A stretch of 47,283 nt of DNA from Ignavibacteriaceae bacterium (GCA_025449775.1 JANWIS010000066.1:1-47283); one strand, 5' to 3'; positions 19,305-30,178 are shown, counted from the stretch's first letter. The notes: generated from the sequence alone by a model not told the origin. Made by a program: numbers and translations.

Positions 19305-20300
19305 TTATTTGGGTTCTACTTCTTCTTTAAGATATTTATCTACGTCCATACCAAACTCCAGCCCGAGATCTTCAACAATTTCCATCAGTTCAGCTAATGA
19401 TTTTCTTCCGAAATTCCTGAACTTGAGCATCTCTGCTTCATCTTTCCTTACGAGGTCACCGAGTATTTTTATATTAGCAGCTTTAAGACAGTTATGTGAA
19501 CGAACGCTTAATTCAAGATCGTCAACAGAAGTTGAAAGGATTTTTTTAACCCGGTCAACTTCAGTGTCTTTCGGTGCAACAGACTGTTCTTCTTCTGGTT
19601 CCATATCAAAGTTGATAAACAACTGGACATGTTCCCTGAGAATTTTTGCAGCCTGTGTAAGTGCATCATCAGGAGCAATAGAACCATCTGTAGTTATTTC
19701 CATCGTTAATTTTTCAAAATCGTTTTTATCACCTATCCTTACATTCTCAACTTCAAATTTTGTGTTCCTTATCGGTGTAAAAATTGAATCAATCGGAATC
19801 ACGCCGAGTGTTTGGTCAGGAGAAACATTTTCATTTGCCGGAACATAGCCTGTTCCTTTACCAACTCTTATTTCAACATCAAACTTTGCATTTTTGTTCA
19901 GTGTAGCAATGTGAAGATCAGGATTGAGAATTTCAACTTCACTGCTTGATTTTTGAATATCTCCGGCAGTCCATTCTTTTTCTCCGCTGAATGATAGGTC
20001 AATCTTGCCGGGCTTTTTTGAAAGCAGTTTCATTCTTACCTGCTTTAAGTTCAGGATAATTTCAGAAACATCTTCAACAACTCCCGGAATAGTTGTAAAC
20101 TCGTGAAGCGTTCCGCTGAACTTGACTGAAGTAATAGCTGCACCTGGAAGAGACGAAAGCAAAACTCTGCGGATGGAATTTCCAAGGGTTACTCCGTATC
20201 CTCTTTCAAGAGGTTGAAGTGTAAATTTCCCAAATGTATTCGAATAATTTGATTCGTCTAATACTACTGTTTCAGGCATGATTAAATGTGAAGTGTTCAT
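19305..20300 (-). CDS. rpoA: DNA-directed RNA polymerase subunit alpha
   Basis: 331 aa. LERGYGVTLGNSIRRVLLSSLPGAAI, and C-terminal domain LELSVRSHNCLKAANI. Confidence 0.97.
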   Translation of the reverse strand: MNTSHLIMPETVVLDESNYSNTFGKFTLQPLERGYGVTLGNSIRRVLLSSLPGAAITSVKFSGTLHEFTTIPGVVEDVSEIILNLKQVRMKLLSKKPGKIDLSFSGEKEWTAGDIQKSSSEVEILNPDLHIATLNKNAKFDVEIRVGKGTGYVPANENVSPDQTLGVIPIDSIFTPIRNTKFEVENVRIGDKNDFEKLTMEITTDGSIAPDDALTQAAKILREHVQLFINFDMEPEEEQSVAPKDTEVDRVKKILSTSVDDLELSVRSHNCLKAANIKILGDLVRKDEAEMLKFRNFGRKSLAELMEIVEDLGLEFGMDVDKYLKEEVEPK

Positions 20301-20330
20301 TAAAAAATCCTCTAAAAATTCAAAAATTAT

Positions 20331-20957
20331 TTATTTAGAATAGAGCTCAACTACCAATTGTTCATTGGCGTTTAGAGGAACATCAGCTCTCTCCGGAACC
20401 TGTATAAATGTTCCGCTCAGCGAGGCTTTATCTATTGATAACCAATTATAAGTGCTGTCTTTAACTTTTTTAAGTGAATTATGAATAGCATCTAACTTCT
20501 TGCTCTTATCTTTAACTTTTATTATGTCTCCTTCAGAAACAAGGAAAGATGGAATATCAACTAGCCTGTCGTTCACTGAAAAATGTCTGTGCTTAATAAG
20601 CTGTCTTGCCTGGCTTCTTGAAGCTGCAAAGCCAAACCTGAAAACAACGTTATCAAGTCTTCTTTCCAGAATTTTGATTAAGTTTTCACCAGTAATACCT
20701 TTTTGCCTGTTAGCTTTTTCAAAATAATTTCTGAATTGTGTTTCAAGCAATCCGTACATCCTTTTAATCTTTTGTTTCTCTCTGAGCTGAATTCCATATT
20801 CTGATATTTTTGTTCTTCTGCTCAGACCATGCTGACCTGGTGGATAGTTCCTTGATTCAATCGGACATTTTTCTGTATAACATTTTTGTCCTTTCAGGAA
20901 AAGTTTCTGTTTTTCTCTCCTGCATAGTCTACAAACTGAATCTGTGTGTCTTGCCAT
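20331..20957 (-). CDS. rpsD: 30S ribosomal protein S4
   Basis: [26 protein letters not shown] zinc-ribbon N-terminus. 208 aa. Confidence 0.97.
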   Translation of the reverse strand: MARHTDSVCRLCRREKQKLFLKGQKCYTEKCPIESRNYPPGQHGLSRRTKISEYGIQLREKQKIKRMYGLLETQFRNYFEKANRQKGITGENLIKILERRLDNVVFRFGFAASRSQARQLIKHRHFSVNDRLVDIPSFLVSEGDIIKVKDKSKKLDAIHNSLKKVKDSTYNWLSIDKASLSGTFIQVPERADVPLNANEQLVVELYSK

Positions 20958-20976
20958 CTAAAAATTACTCCTCTAA

Positions 20977-21363
20977 TTAAACTCTTCTTCGTTTTGGTGG
21001 CCTGCAGCCATTGTGCGGAATGGGTGTTACATCTTTTATCGAAGTAATTTCCAATCCAGCAGTGTATAAAGATCTTATTGCTGCTTCTCTTCCTGAACCG
21101 GGTCCTTTAACTTTAACTTCAACTTTTCTTAAACCAAGTGTATAAGCTTCTTTTGCAGCCGCTTCTGCTGATACCTGTGCCGCAAACGGTGTATTTTTCC
21201 TTGATCCTTTAAATCCATTCTTTCCTGCCGATGACCAGGCTAATGTATTGCCATAAATATCAGTGATTGTAACAATCACATTATTGAATGTTGCTTTAAT
21301 ATGAGCAACACCGTTCAGATCAACTTGTGTTCTCTTCTTAACTTTTTTTACAACTTTAGCCAA
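20977..21363 (-). CDS. rpsK: 30S ribosomal protein S11
   Basis: [21 protein letters not shown] start preceded by GGAGG. Confidence 0.96.
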   Translation of the reverse strand: MAKVVKKVKKRTQVDLNGVAHIKATFNNVIVTITDIYGNTLAWSSAGKNGFKGSRKNTPFAAQVSAEAAAKEAYTLGLRKVEVKVKGPGSGREAAIRSLYTAGLEITSIKDVTPIPHNGCRPPKRRRV

Positions 21364-21387
21364 TTACAATCCTCCGCTTCAGATAAA

Positions 21388-21771
21388 TTATTTCTTGGTT
21401 GGTGTTTTCTTCTTACCGGCAACTGTTTTACGTTTGCCTTTTCTTGTTCTGGAATTTGTACGTGTTCTCTGTCCCCTTGCAGGAAGTCCTTTCCTGTGTC
21501 TTATTCCTCTATAAGCACCAATATCCATTAACCTTTTTATATTCTGCTGAACTTCAGAACGAAGTGCACCTTCAACTTTAAACTCGGAAGTAATAACTGC
21601 CCTTATCTGTGCAACATCTTCTTCAGTAAGATCACCAACTTTTTTAGTGGGATCAATTTTCGCTTTCTGCAGTATTTCGGAGGAAGAGGTTGGACCTATT
21701 CCAAAAATATACTGAAGTCCGAATAAAACTTTTTTACCTTTTGGTAAATCAACGCCTGAAATACGAGCCAA
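21388..21771 (-). CDS. rpsM: 30S ribosomal protein S13
   Basis: [18 protein letters not shown] start preceded by AAGGAG. Confidence 0.96.
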   Translation of the reverse strand: MARISGVDLPKGKKVLFGLQYIFGIGPTSSSEILQKAKIDPTKKVGDLTEEDVAQIRAVITSEFKVEGALRSEVQQNIKRLMDIGAYRGIRHRKGLPARGQRTRTNSRTRKGKRKTVAGKKKTPTKK

Positions 21772-21792
21772 TCTTATAACTCCTTTATTATT

Positions 21793-21906
21793 TTATCCTT
21801 GTCTCTGCTTGTGTTTAGGGTTAGAGCAAATTACCCGTACAACACCTTTACGTCTAATTATTTTGCACTTATCACATATTTTTCTTACTGAAGATCTTAC
21901 TTTCAT
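21793..21906 (-). CDS. rpmJ: 50S ribosomal protein L36
   Basis: Below the ORF-track size cutoff. Hand translation gives [37 protein letters not shown] (37 aa) between infA and rpsM. Confidence 0.95.
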   Translation of the reverse strand: MKVRSSVRKICDKCKIIRRKGVVRVICSNPKHKQRQG

Positions 21907-21916
21907 CTTTTACCTG

Positions 21917-22135
21917 CTATTTATACCTGTATGTTATTCTTCCTTTTGTCAGATCATAAGGTGACATTTCAATCGATACTTTGTCACCGACCAATATTTT
22001 AATAAAATGCATTCTCATCTTACCGGAAATATGAGCGAGAATTTCATGTCCATTATCCAGCTTTACTCTAAAATTTGCATTCGGTAAAGTTTCTGTAATA
22101 ACACCATCTATTTTTATCGGACCTTGTTTTGCCAT
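21917..22135 (-). CDS. infA: Translation initiation factor IF-1
   Basis: [41 protein letters not shown]. The track TTG start was trimmed to the ATG, which shares one base with the map stop (TAATG). Confidence 0.95.
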   Translation of the reverse strand: MAKQGPIKIDGVITETLPNANFRVKLDNGHEILAHISGKMRMHFIKILVGDKVSIEMSPYDLTKGRITYRYK

Positions 22136-22896
22136 TAGCAAATTGTTAATACTTCGGGTGAATTACCGCTTATTAAAATAGTATGTTCAAAATGTGCTGA
22201 TGATGAGCCATCAAGAGTTTGCACTGTCCATCCATCAGCAGCCGTTGTAACTTCGTAACTTCCTGCATTAACCATCGGTTCAATTGCGAGCGTCATTCCG
22301 TTTTTAAGTTTTGGACCAGTTCCTCTTTTACCAAAATTTGGTACAGCCGGGTCTTCGTGTAAAAATCTTCCAACACCATGACCACAAAGATCTCTTACTA
22401 TTGAAAAACCATTCTGCTCAACAAATTCCTGAACCGCCGCGGAAATATCGTGCACCCGGTTACCGCTTACAGCTTGTTGAATACCGATGTATAAAGATTT
22501 TTCTGTTATCTCCAGCAATTTTTTTTTTTCGCTGGAAATATTTCCAACTGAAACAGTAACTGCAGCATCACCATAATAATTATTTTTAAGAACACCAACA
22601 TCAAGTGAGATTATATCTCCATCCTGAAGCTTTACTAAACCGGGAATTCCATGCACAACTACATTATTCAGTGAAGTGCAAATCGAACCGGGAAAACCTG
22701 GTAATCCTCCCTGCGAGTAACCTTTGAAAGCAGGTATTGCATTATTGCTTCGAATATAATCTTCAGCTGCCTGATCAATTTCTAAAGTTGTAATACCGCT
22801 TTTTACTTTACTTTTAGCCAGCTGAAGGGTTTCTGCAACTATCCTGCAGCTTTCCTTTATAAAATCAATTTCCTTTTTGGTCTTTATAAAAATCAC
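22135..22896 (-). CDS. map: Type I methionine aminopeptidase
   Basis: 253 aa. VVHGIP, DVGV..YYGD, GHGVG, LAIEP and EHT metal-ligand motifs. GTG start. Confidence 0.95.
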   Translation of the reverse strand: MIFIKTKKEIDFIKESCRIVAETLQLAKSKVKSGITTLEIDQAAEDYIRSNNAIPAFKGYSQGGLPGFPGSICTSLNNVVVHGIPGLVKLQDGDIISLDVGVLKNNYYGDAAVTVSVGNISSEKKKLLEITEKSLYIGIQQAVSGNRVHDISAAVQEFVEQNGFSIVRDLCGHGVGRFLHEDPAVPNFGKRGTGPKLKNGMTLAIEPMVNAGSYEVTTAADGWTVQTLDGSSSAHFEHTILISGNSPEVLTIC

Positions 22897-22899
22897 GAC

Positions 22900-24240
22900 C
22901 TAAACAGATCTTCGTCCTTTTAGCTTACCTGACTTCATAAATCCATCGTAATGTCTCATCAACAAGTGTGATTCAATTTGTTGAAGAGAATCCAACGCAA
23001 CTCCAACGATGATAAGAAGACTGGTACCTCCAAAAAACTGAGCAAACTGTCCCGAAACACCAAAACCAGATATGAACGCCGGAAGTATCGCTATGACTGC
23101 AAGAAATATTGAACCGGGCAAGGTAATCTTTGTAAGAATATTATCAATGAACTCGGAGGTTTGCTTTCCTGGTCTGATACCCGGAATAAAACCACCCTGC
23201 TTCTTCATATTATCTGCAACATCTTTCGGATTGAATGCAATTGCTGTATAAAAATATGTAAAGAACACAATCATCAGTGCATAAATAGTAGAGTAAACCG
23301 GTGAATCGTAAACAAACAAACCAGAAATTCCCTGTAAAAATTCGTTATCGGGAAAAAAGGATAAAACTGTGTTGGGAATAAACATAATCGACTGAGCAAA
23401 AATTATCGGCATCACACCTGCTGTGTTTACTCTCAACGGGATATATTGTGTAACACCACCATAAATCTTTCTTCCAACAACACGCTTTGCGTACTGAACT
23501 GGAATCCGCCGTGTTCCCTGAGTAACAAGTACTACTCCGGCTATTATAAAGAACATTAGAATCAGTATTACTAATTCTTCAATTATTGATCTCTGTCCAA
23601 CACCTATAAGCCTGATTTCATCAAATATTGCATGAGGAAATCTTGCAATAATTCCTATAAAAATTATAAGCGATATTCCGTTGCCAATTCCTCTCTCAGT
23701 TATCTGTTCACCCATCCACATCATTAGTATTGTTCCTGAGCACAGTATAATAATGGTTGACAGCACCCAAGGAAAACCATTTACAGCTTCGGGAACAATA
23801 GGCAAACCCTGAACCTGTATATTTAAAAGCCTAATTGTCACACCCCATGCCTGCATCGAAGCAATTAAAACCGTTCCATACCTTGTCCATTGAGTAATTT
23901 TTTTTCTGCCTTCTTCACCTTCCTGCTGTAACTTTTGAATGTAAGGAACAACAGCACCAAGAAGCTGAATAATAATAGACGCTGAGATATATGGCATAAT
24001 TCCAAGAGCAAAAATTGCTGCGTTGGAAAATGCACCGCCGACAAATAAATCATATAAACCAAACAAGTTATCAGTAGTAGCATTTTTCATGCTTTCAGTA
24101 AGCAATGTTGTATCAACACCCGGAATAGTTATATGAGCACCAAGTCGAACTAAAAAAAGTATAGCCAGTGTATAAAATATTCTCTGGCGAAGTTCGTGAA
24201 TTTTAAAAATGTTCCTAAAAGTATCCGTAAGTCTCGACAT
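22900..24240 (-). CDS. secY: Preprotein translocase subunit SecY
   Basis: 446 aa, 10-TM pattern, GIMPYISASIIIQLL. Confidence 0.97.
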   Translation of the reverse strand: MSRLTDTFRNIFKIHELRQRIFYTLAILFLVRLGAHITIPGVDTTLLTESMKNATTDNLFGLYDLFVGGAFSNAAIFALGIMPYISASIIIQLLGAVVPYIQKLQQEGEEGRKKITQWTRYGTVLIASMQAWGVTIRLLNIQVQGLPIVPEAVNGFPWVLSTIIILCSGTILMMWMGEQITERGIGNGISLIIFIGIIARFPHAIFDEIRLIGVGQRSIIEELVILILMFFIIAGVVLVTQGTRRIPVQYAKRVVGRKIYGGVTQYIPLRVNTAGVMPIIFAQSIMFIPNTVLSFFPDNEFLQGISGLFVYDSPVYSTIYALMIVFFTYFYTAIAFNPKDVADNMKKQGGFIPGIRPGKQTSEFIDNILTKITLPGSIFLAVIAILPAFISGFGVSGQFAQFFGGTSLLIIVGVALDSLQQIESHLLMRHYDGFMKSGKLKGRRSV

Positions 24241-24251
24241 TTATTACCGTA

Positions 24252-24707
24252 TTAAATTAACTTTACTGAACCGCCAGCTGATTCTATTTTTTCTTTTGCA
24301 CTTTGGCTGATTGCATTAACTTCAATATTTATTTTGGTATTGAACTCACCTTTGGCTAAAACTTTAACAGGTTTCTTGGTGCTGGTTATCAATCCTAAAT
24401 TTTTAAGTTCTTCAATATTAATATCTTTGTTCAATTTTTTTTCGTTTGCCAATCTTTGCAATGAATTAAGATTAACTAACTGGTAGTATTCTTTAAAGAT
24501 GCTGGTGAATCCGAATTTCGGAACTCTCCTTTGAAGCGGCATCTGACCACCTTCAAACCATGCTCTTCTCTTTGAACCGGAACGTGATTTCTGCCCATTC
24601 ATTCCACGTGTTGCCTGTCCACCGTGCCCTGATCCTTCACCTCTTCCAACTCTTTTCCGTTTCTTCCTTGAGCCTTCAGCATATTTTAAATTGCTAAGTA
24701 CATCCAT
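24252..24707 (-). CDS. rplO: 50S ribosomal protein L15
   Basis: KRVGRGEGSGHGGQATRGMNGQKSRSG. Confidence 0.96.
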   Translation of the reverse strand: MDVLSNLKYAEGSRKKRKRVGRGEGSGHGGQATRGMNGQKSRSGSKRRAWFEGGQMPLQRRVPKFGFTSIFKEYYQLVNLNSLQRLANEKKLNKDINIEELKNLGLITSTKKPVKVLAKGEFNTKINIEVNAISQSAKEKIESAGGSVKLI

Positions 24708-24719
24708 CTTATAATTTCC

Positions 24720-24905
24720 TTATTCTTTAACTTCTTCTACTCTAACCAGATGTATAACTTTTTTAACCATACCTCTGATCTGAGGAGTATCGTTGTGAAC
24801 TTTTTCCCAGTTGGGTCGTCCCAAACCTAAAGCTTCTATAATTTTTTTCTGGTTCTCAGGTCTGTCAATAACACTTTTTGTTTGAACTATTTTTATTCTG
24901 GACAT
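24720..24905 (-). CDS. rpmD: 50S ribosomal protein L30
   Basis: MSRIKIVQTKSVIDRPENQKKIIEALGL. The track ORF extended upstream into rpsE. Trimmed to the ATG at 24903-24905. Confidence 0.93.
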   Translation of the reverse strand: MSRIKIVQTKSVIDRPENQKKIIEALGLGRPNWEKVHNDTPQIRGMVKKVIHLVRVEEVKE

Positions 24906-24915
24906 TCTAACCTCT

Positions 24916-25422
24916 TTACGTAGCAAAAATTTCCTGAACGGATTTTCCTCTTTTGATTGCCATAGCTTTGGCATCAATTTGACTAAGAAGTCCGTTCAAA
25001 GTTGCTTTAACCTGATTATGTGGATTACTTGAACCGAGAGATTTGGTAAGTATATCCTGTATTCCAGCTGCTTCCAAAACTGCTCTTACACCACCACCTG
25101 CAATCAATCCGGTTCCAGGAGAAGCAGGTTTGAGCAGAACTTTACCTGCACCAAATTTGCCCAAAACTGTATGAGATACAGTTCCTCTTCTAACCAATAC
25201 TTTTACCAGATTCTTCTTTGCATCATCTACTCCTTTTGAAATGGCATCTGTTACTTCATTCGCTTTACCTAATCCAACACCAACGGTACCCTTACCATCA
25301 CCAACAACTACGATTGCATTAAAACTGAACCTTCTGCCACCTTTAACAACTTTTGCCACCCGGTTGATGTGAACAACTTTTTCTTTAAGACCTTCAGCTT
25401 CTGTCGATTTAACTCTTTTCAA
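24916..25422 (-). CDS. rpsE: 30S ribosomal protein S5
   Basis: [33 protein letters not shown] start preceded by TAGGAG. Confidence 0.95.
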   Translation of the reverse strand: MKRVKSTEAEGLKEKVVHINRVAKVVKGGRRFSFNAIVVVGDGKGTVGVGLGKANEVTDAISKGVDDAKKNLVKVLVRRGTVSHTVLGKFGAGKVLLKPASPGTGLIAGGGVRAVLEAAGIQDILTKSLGSSNPHNQVKATLNGLLSQIDAKAMAIKRGKSVQEIFAT

Positions 25423-25460
25423 ATTTTTCTCCTAAAAAACTATCAATTTTAAAATGGAAG

Positions 25461-25531
25461 CTGCCGGGAGAGGACTCGAACCTCTACAGACGCCTCCAAA
25501 GGGCGTAGTCCTACCATTAGACGACCCGGCA
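25461..25531 (-). tRNA. tRNA-Gln (anticodon UUG), no encoded CCA
   Basis: Hand-folded cloverleaf: UGCCGGG UC GUCU AAUGGUA GGAC U ACGCC CUUUGGA GGCGU CUGU AGAGG UUCGAGU CCUCU CCCGGCA G. 7-bp acceptor stem with U1:A72 and G73, 4-bp D stem, 5-bp anticodon stem and 5-bp T stem. Confidence 0.9.
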
Positions 25532-25538
25532 AAAAACA

Positions 25539-25898
25539 TTAGAATACCAAGCCCCCTTCACGTGCACCATCAGCAAGAGCTTTTACTCTGCCATGATATC
25601 TAAAACCATTTCTATCAAACACTACATTCTTAATATTTTTTTCCAATGCTTTTTTAGCAAGAAGATTTCCGATTAACTTGCTTTTATTTGTTTTGCCTTT
25701 AAGCGATTTTACATCAGTCTTAGCTTCTTTTTCTAAACTGGAAACTGAAACTATTGTATTACCGTTCACATCGTCAATTAATTGTGCATAAATATTGTTT
25801 AAACTTCTGAACACTGAAAGACGTGGTTTTTCGGGTGTGCCTGAAATTTTTTTTCTGATCTTTATTTTTGCTCTTATTCTTGAAGTTTTCTTTTTCAT
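25539..25898 (-). CDS. rplR: 50S ribosomal protein L18
   Basis: [44 protein letters not shown]. Confidence 0.96.
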   Translation of the reverse strand: MKKKTSRIRAKIKIRKKISGTPEKPRLSVFRSLNNIYAQLIDDVNGNTIVSVSSLEKEAKTDVKSLKGKTNKSKLIGNLLAKKALEKNIKNVVFDRNGFRYHGRVKALADGAREGGLVF

Positions 25899-25919
25899 TG
25901 AAATTAAATCTCCTAAAAA

Positions 25920-26459
25920 CTATGCACCGGCAGTCTTACCGGCTTTTCTAATAATTCTTTCATCTGAATACTTAATGCCTTTACCTTTGTACGGCTCAGG
26001 TTTTCTGAATGACCTGATTTTAGCAGCTACCAGCCCAACCAATTCTTTATCGTTACCTGAAATAATTATTTGAGTCGGTGCAGGTACTTCCAATTTGATA
26101 TTATCAGGTGGAACAAAATATATCGGGTGAGAATACCCGATTGTCAGCAATAAATTTTTTCCTTTCAATTCTGCTTTATAACCAACACCAACAATTTCAA
26201 GAGTCTTTTTATACGAATCCGTAACTCCAATTATCATATTATTTATTAATGCACGTGTTAAACCATGCAATGCTCTTGATTCTTTCAAATCATCAGACCT
26301 GGTTACTCTGACTTCTCCTTCAACTATTTCCATTTTAATTGCCGGATGAATTTTTCTAATGAGATCTCCTTTTGGTCCTTTTACTTTAATCGTCTGTCCT
26401 TCGGTGCTGACATTTACACCAGCAGGAATCTCAACCGGTTTTTTTCCTATTCTAGACAC
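25920..26459 (-). CDS. rplF: 50S ribosomal protein L6
   Basis: MSRIGKKPVEIPAGV. GTG start. Confidence 0.96.
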   Translation of the reverse strand: MSRIGKKPVEIPAGVNVSTEGQTIKVKGPKGDLIRKIHPAIKMEIVEGEVRVTRSDDLKESRALHGLTRALINNMIIGVTDSYKKTLEIVGVGYKAELKGKNLLLTIGYSHPIYFVPPDNIKLEVPAPTQIIISGNDKELVGLVAAKIRSFRKPEPYKGKGIKYSDERIIRKAGKTAGA

Positions 26460-26481
26460 GCTTTAATCTCCAAAAATTAAT

Positions 26482-26877
26482 TTACCACACATAACAAATC
26501 ACTTCTCCGCCGGCGAGCTGATTTCTCGCCTCCTTATCCGTCAGTAATCCTTTTGGAGTAGAAATAACGGCGGTTCCTAATCCATTTAAAACTCTTGGGA
26601 GTTTATCTGCTGATTTATATATACGCAAACCCGGTTTACTGATTCTCTTTAAACCTGTAATAGCTGGCACTCCACTTTTGTATTTAAGAACAAGGTTCAG
26701 TTTACCTTGCTTGTTATCATTAATAATTTCGAAATCGATTATATAACCTAAATTCTTAAGGATTTCTGATAAGCTGATCTTTAATTTAGAAGCTGGAATT
26801 TCAACACGTACTTTTTTTGCTTTTGTAGCGTTTCTAATTCTGGTTAAATAATCTGCTATTGGATCTGTTACTGGCAT
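26482..26877 (-). CDS. rpsH: 30S ribosomal protein S8
   Basis: [17 protein letters not shown]. Confidence 0.96.
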   Translation of the reverse strand: MPVTDPIADYLTRIRNATKAKKVRVEIPASKLKISLSEILKNLGYIIDFEIINDNKQGKLNLVLKYKSGVPAITGLKRISKPGLRIYKSADKLPRVLNGLGTAVISTPKGLLTDKEARNQLAGGEVICYVW

Positions 26878-26892
26878 TTAAACTTTCTCCGT

Positions 26893-27162
26893 TTACCAAC
26901 TTGATTTTTTTACACCGGGAATCTCGCCCTTTAAGGCCATTTCCCTAAATACTAATCTGGAAACTCCAAATTTCCTATAATAACTTCTTGTTCTTCCCGT
27001 GAACATACAACGGTTCTTCAAACGAACGCGTGCAGAATCTCTCGGCAGTTTTTGAAGCTCTTCGTAATTGCCGGCTGCTTTCAGTTCTTCGCGTAATTTT
27101 CTGTACTTCTCATATATAATGAGTCTTCTTTCCTGTCTTGCAATTGAACTTTTTTTAGCCAT
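26893..27162 (-). CDS. rpsN: 30S ribosomal protein S14 (long, non-zinc type)
   Basis: [13 protein letters not shown]...[23 protein letters not shown]. Trimmed from TTG 27165 to the ATG at 27160-27162. Confidence 0.94.
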   Translation of the reverse strand: MAKKSSIARQERRLIIYEKYRKLREELKAAGNYEELQKLPRDSARVRLKNRCMFTGRTRSYYRKFGVSRLVFREMALKGEIPGVKKSSW

Positions 27163-27170
27163 CAAATCTC

Positions 27171-27833
27171 CTAAGCTGTTTTAATTTCTTTTTTGATAAA
27201 AGGAACACCGAATGATTTCAGTAATTCATAAGCTTCATTATCTGATCTTGCAGAAGTAACAATAGTTACATCCATACCAAGCACTCTTCCTATCTTATCA
27301 ACATTTATTTCGGGAAAAATAATCTGCTCTTTGACACCGATAGTATAATTTCCTCTTCCATCAAAAGATTTATCTGACAATCCACGGAAATCACGAACCC
27401 GAGGAAGCGCTACATTAATAAATCTATCTAGAAATTCATACATTCTTTCACGACGAAGAGTAACCATTGCACCAATGCTCACTCCTTCTCTTAATTTAAA
27501 ATTCGATATCGCTTTCTTTGCTTTTCTAACACTGGATTTTTGTCCGGTGATAGATTCAAGTTCCTTAACAGCTTCTTCAAGAATCTTCGGTTCTGTAACT
27601 GCAGCTCCAACACCCATGTTAACGACCACTTTTTCAATTTTCGGAACTTGCATAACATTTTTGTAACCGAATGTTTTCATCAAACCTGGAATGATCTCCG
27701 CACGGTAATGATCGAAAAGTCTGCTGGGTATTTTAATTTCCTTCTCAGAAGACTTTGGAGCTTGTTCCTTCTTACCTTTTTCTTTTGCTTCTTTAGGTTC
27801 TTTAATTTCTTTTGTTTGTTTTTTTTCTGCCAT
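27171..27833 (-). CDS. rplE: 50S ribosomal protein L5 with about 36-aa K/E-rich N-terminal extension
   Basis: The core [40 protein letters not shown] aligns with the L5 N-terminus. It is preceded by [36 protein letters not shown], which has no internal start candidate. Confidence 0.93.
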   Translation of the reverse strand: MAEKKQTKEIKEPKEAKEKGKKEQAPKSSEKEIKIPSRLFDHYRAEIIPGLMKTFGYKNVMQVPKIEKVVVNMGVGAAVTEPKILEEAVKELESITGQKSSVRKAKKAISNFKLREGVSIGAMVTLRRERMYEFLDRFINVALPRVRDFRGLSDKSFDGRGNYTIGVKEQIIFPEINVDKIGRVLGMDVTIVTSARSDNEAYELLKSFGVPFIKKEIKTA

Positions 27834-27856
27834 CTGTTTAATAAATATTTACAATA

Positions 27857-28183
27857 TTACTGAATCATTTCGCCGCTTGCTTTTGCAACGCGTGCTATTT
27901 TCTTTTTGCCTGTTTTTTCATCAAGTATTACTCTTGATCCTATACGAGTTGGCTCGTTTGTTTTAGGATCCAATATCATAACATTCGATGCATTTATCGA
28001 TGCTTCTTTTTCTAGTATTCCGCCTTGTGGACTTTTCTGGTTTGGCTTTGTATGTTTTTTCCTGAGATTTATCCCTTCAACAATTACACGGTATTCTTTT
28101 GGAAAAACTTTGAGCACTTTACCGGTTTTACCTCGATCGTTTCCGGTGATGACCATAACCATATCATTTTTTCTGATCTTCAT
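27857..28183 (-). CDS. rplX: 50S ribosomal protein L24
   Basis: [26 protein letters not shown]. Trimmed from the track start (28222), which overlapped rplN. Confidence 0.94.
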   Translation of the reverse strand: MKIRKNDMVMVITGNDRGKTGKVLKVFPKEYRVIVEGINLRKKHTKPNQKSPQGGILEKEASINASNVMILDPKTNEPTRIGSRVILDEKTGKKKIARVAKASGEMIQ

Positions 28184-28193
28184 ATTTTTCCTT

Positions 28194-28562
28194 TTATAAT
28201 ACTTCGGGAGCCAGTGAAACAATTTTCATAAACTGTTTATCTCTCAGTTCACGTGCAACCGGACCAAAGATACGTGTTCCTCTCGGTTCATTCTGCTGGT
28301 TGATCAGCACTGCTGCATTTTCATCAAAGCGAATGTATGAACCATCTTTTCTTTTTACTTCTTTTTTTGTTCTTACAATAACTGCTCTTGAAACTTCACC
28401 CTTTTTCACTGTTCCATTCGGCATTGCTGTTTTAACACTAACAACAATCGTATCACCAACAGTTGCATATCTTCTTCCACTTCCGCCGAGAACACGGATG
28501 CATCTTACTTTTTTTGCACCTGAGTTATCTGCAACAACTAGATTTGTTTCTTCCTGGATCAT
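28194..28562 (-). CDS. rplN: 50S ribosomal protein L14
   Basis: [27 protein letters not shown]. Confidence 0.97.
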   Translation of the reverse strand: MIQEETNLVVADNSGAKKVRCIRVLGGSGRRYATVGDTIVVSVKTAMPNGTVKKGEVSRAVIVRTKKEVKRKDGSYIRFDENAAVLINQQNEPRGTRIFGPVARELRDKQFMKIVSLAPEVL

Positions 28563-28580
28563 CGCCCATATCTCTCCTGC

Positions 28581-28841
28581 CTACTTGGCTTTTTCTATAA
28601 TTTCGACTAGACGCCATCTTTTATTAGCGCTAAGAGGGCGGGTTTCCATGATTTTTACTTTGTCACCAATGCTGCATTCTCTTTTTTCATCGTGAGCCAT
28701 AAGTTTTGTCGTCTTCTTAAAATATTTTTTATAAATAGGATGAGCAACTTTTCTTTCGATTGCAACAGTAATTGTTTTTTCCATCTTGTTGCTTACAACA
28801 ACTCCAATCCTGGTTTTTCTTAATCCACGTGTTTCAATCAT
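28581..28841 (-). CDS. rpsQ: 30S ribosomal protein S17
   Basis: [27 protein letters not shown]. Start directly abuts the rpmC stop. Confidence 0.96.
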   Translation of the reverse strand: MIETRGLRKTRIGVVVSNKMEKTITVAIERKVAHPIYKKYFKKTTKLMAHDEKRECSIGDKVKIMETRPLSANKRWRLVEIIEKAK

Positions 28842-29066
28842 TTAAGCATCTGCTCCTTTTCCGGATACACTTTGTGACTGAGCATTTCTTTCCTTAAGAA
28901 TTGTTTTCATCCTGGCAACATCTTTTTTCAGGAGTTTGAGTTTTGATGTATTGGTCAGTTGTTTCAACTGATGAGAAAATCTTAAATCGACAAGGTTTTT
29001 CTCCTCATCATTTATTCTCTGAACTATTTCTTCAGTTTTCATTTCTCTTATTTCATGAATCTTCAT
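28842..29066 (-). CDS. rpmC: 50S ribosomal protein L29
   Basis: MKIHEIREMKTEEIVQRINDEEKNLVDLRF. Confidence 0.94.
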   Translation of the reverse strand: MKIHEIREMKTEEIVQRINDEEKNLVDLRFSHQLKQLTNTSKLKLLKKDVARMKTILKERNAQSQSVSGKGADA

Positions 29067-29083
29067 TTCAAATCTTTCTGAAC

Positions 29084-29500
29084 TTATTCAATATCAGGTC
29101 TGGAAACTACTTTTGTTTTAATCGGAAGCTTATGTGAACATAATCTAAGTGCATCATTAGCTGCTTGTTTTGTTACACCTGAAACTTCAAAAAGAATTCT
29201 GCCCGGTTTAACAACAGCTACCCAAAATTCAGGGGCTCCTTTTCCTTTACCCATCCTGGTTTCCAACGGCTTTTTTGAAACTGGTTTGTCAGGAAAAATT
29301 CTTATCCAAACTCGTCCGTCTCTCTTCATATGTCTGGATAGAGCAACACGACAGGCTTCAATCTGCCTGCTTGTAACCCAGCTTGGTTCAAGAGCTTTAA
29401 GCCCGAATTCTCCGAATGCAACAGAACTTCCGCGTTTTGCGTTGCCTTTTCTTCTTCCTCTGTGTGCTTTTCTGTATTTTACTCTTTTTGGCATTAACAT
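29084..29500 (-). CDS. rplP: 50S ribosomal protein L16
   Basis: [19 protein letters not shown]. Confidence 0.97.
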   Translation of the reverse strand: MLMPKRVKYRKAHRGRRKGNAKRGSSVAFGEFGLKALEPSWVTSRQIEACRVALSRHMKRDGRVWIRIFPDKPVSKKPLETRMGKGKGAPEFWVAVVKPGRILFEVSGVTKQAANDALRLCSHKLPIKTKVVSRPDIE

Positions 29501-29521
29501 AGTTTTAGCTCCAAATCAAAA

Positions 29522-30163
29522 TTATTCCATGGCTCTCTTGCCAAGGATTTCACCACGGCAAATCCAAACTTTAATTCCTATCGAACCGTAAATTGTTTCG
29601 GCTCTGCCGTTCGCATAGTCAATATCGGCTCTTAAAGTATGAAGCGGAATTCTTCCATCTTTATACTGTTCTGTCCTGGCAATTTCAGCACCGCCTAATC
29701 TTCCGGCACACTTAATTCTTATTCCTTCAGCACCCATTCTCATAGAGGCTGTGATAGCCATTTTCATTGCTCTTCGAAAAGAAATTCTTCCTACTATCTG
29801 ATTAGCAATGTTTTCTGCAACTAGATAAGCATCCAGTTCAGGTCTTTTTATTTCAGAAATCTGGATCTTAACATCTTTATTAGAAATTTGTTTCAGTTCT
29901 TCTTCAAGCTGTGTAATTTCTTTTCCGCTTTTACCAATCACAACACCTGGTCTTGATGTGTGTATTGTTAATATTATACTCTTAGATGTTCTGTCAATAA
30001 TTATTTTTGAGATTCCGGCTTTCTTTAACCTGCTTCTTACATAATTGCGCAACTTATCATCTTCTTTAAGTTTTGTTGCATAACTTTTACTCTCATACCA
30101 GTTAGAGTTCCATCCTCTTATTATACCTACTCGTAAGCCAACCGGATTTGCTTTTTGTCCCAA
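29522..30163 (-). CDS. rpsC: 30S ribosomal protein S3
   Basis: [26 protein letters not shown] start preceded by AGGAGG. Confidence 0.96.
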   Translation of the reverse strand: MGQKANPVGLRVGIIRGWNSNWYESKSYATKLKEDDKLRNYVRSRLKKAGISKIIIDRTSKSIILTIHTSRPGVVIGKSGKEITQLEEELKQISNKDVKIQISEIKRPELDAYLVAENIANQIVGRISFRRAMKMAITASMRMGAEGIRIKCAGRLGGAEIARTEQYKDGRIPLHTLRADIDYANGRAETIYGSIGIKVWICRGEILGKRAME

Positions 30164-30178
30164 AAATTCCTCCTGATA

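Noticed and set aside
19276-19848. 190-aa plus-strand ORF antisense to rpoA
   Set aside because: It is S/L/I-rich low-complexity sequence lying entirely inside a highly conserved gene on the opposite strand, a typical shadow ORF of AT-rich DNA.
23865-24083. 72-aa out-of-frame ORF inside secY on the same strand
   Set aside because: It is nested within the conserved SecY frame and has no independent support.
24906-24977. N-terminal extension of the L30 ORF into rpsE
   Set aside because: L30 family proteins are about 60 aa. MSRIKIVQ at the ATG at 24905 matches the family N-terminus, and the extension overlaps the rpsE coding sequence.
28184-28222. N-terminal extension of the L24 ORF into rplN
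   Set aside because: MKIRKNDMV at the ATG at 28183 matches the L24 consensus. The extension overlaps the end of rplN.
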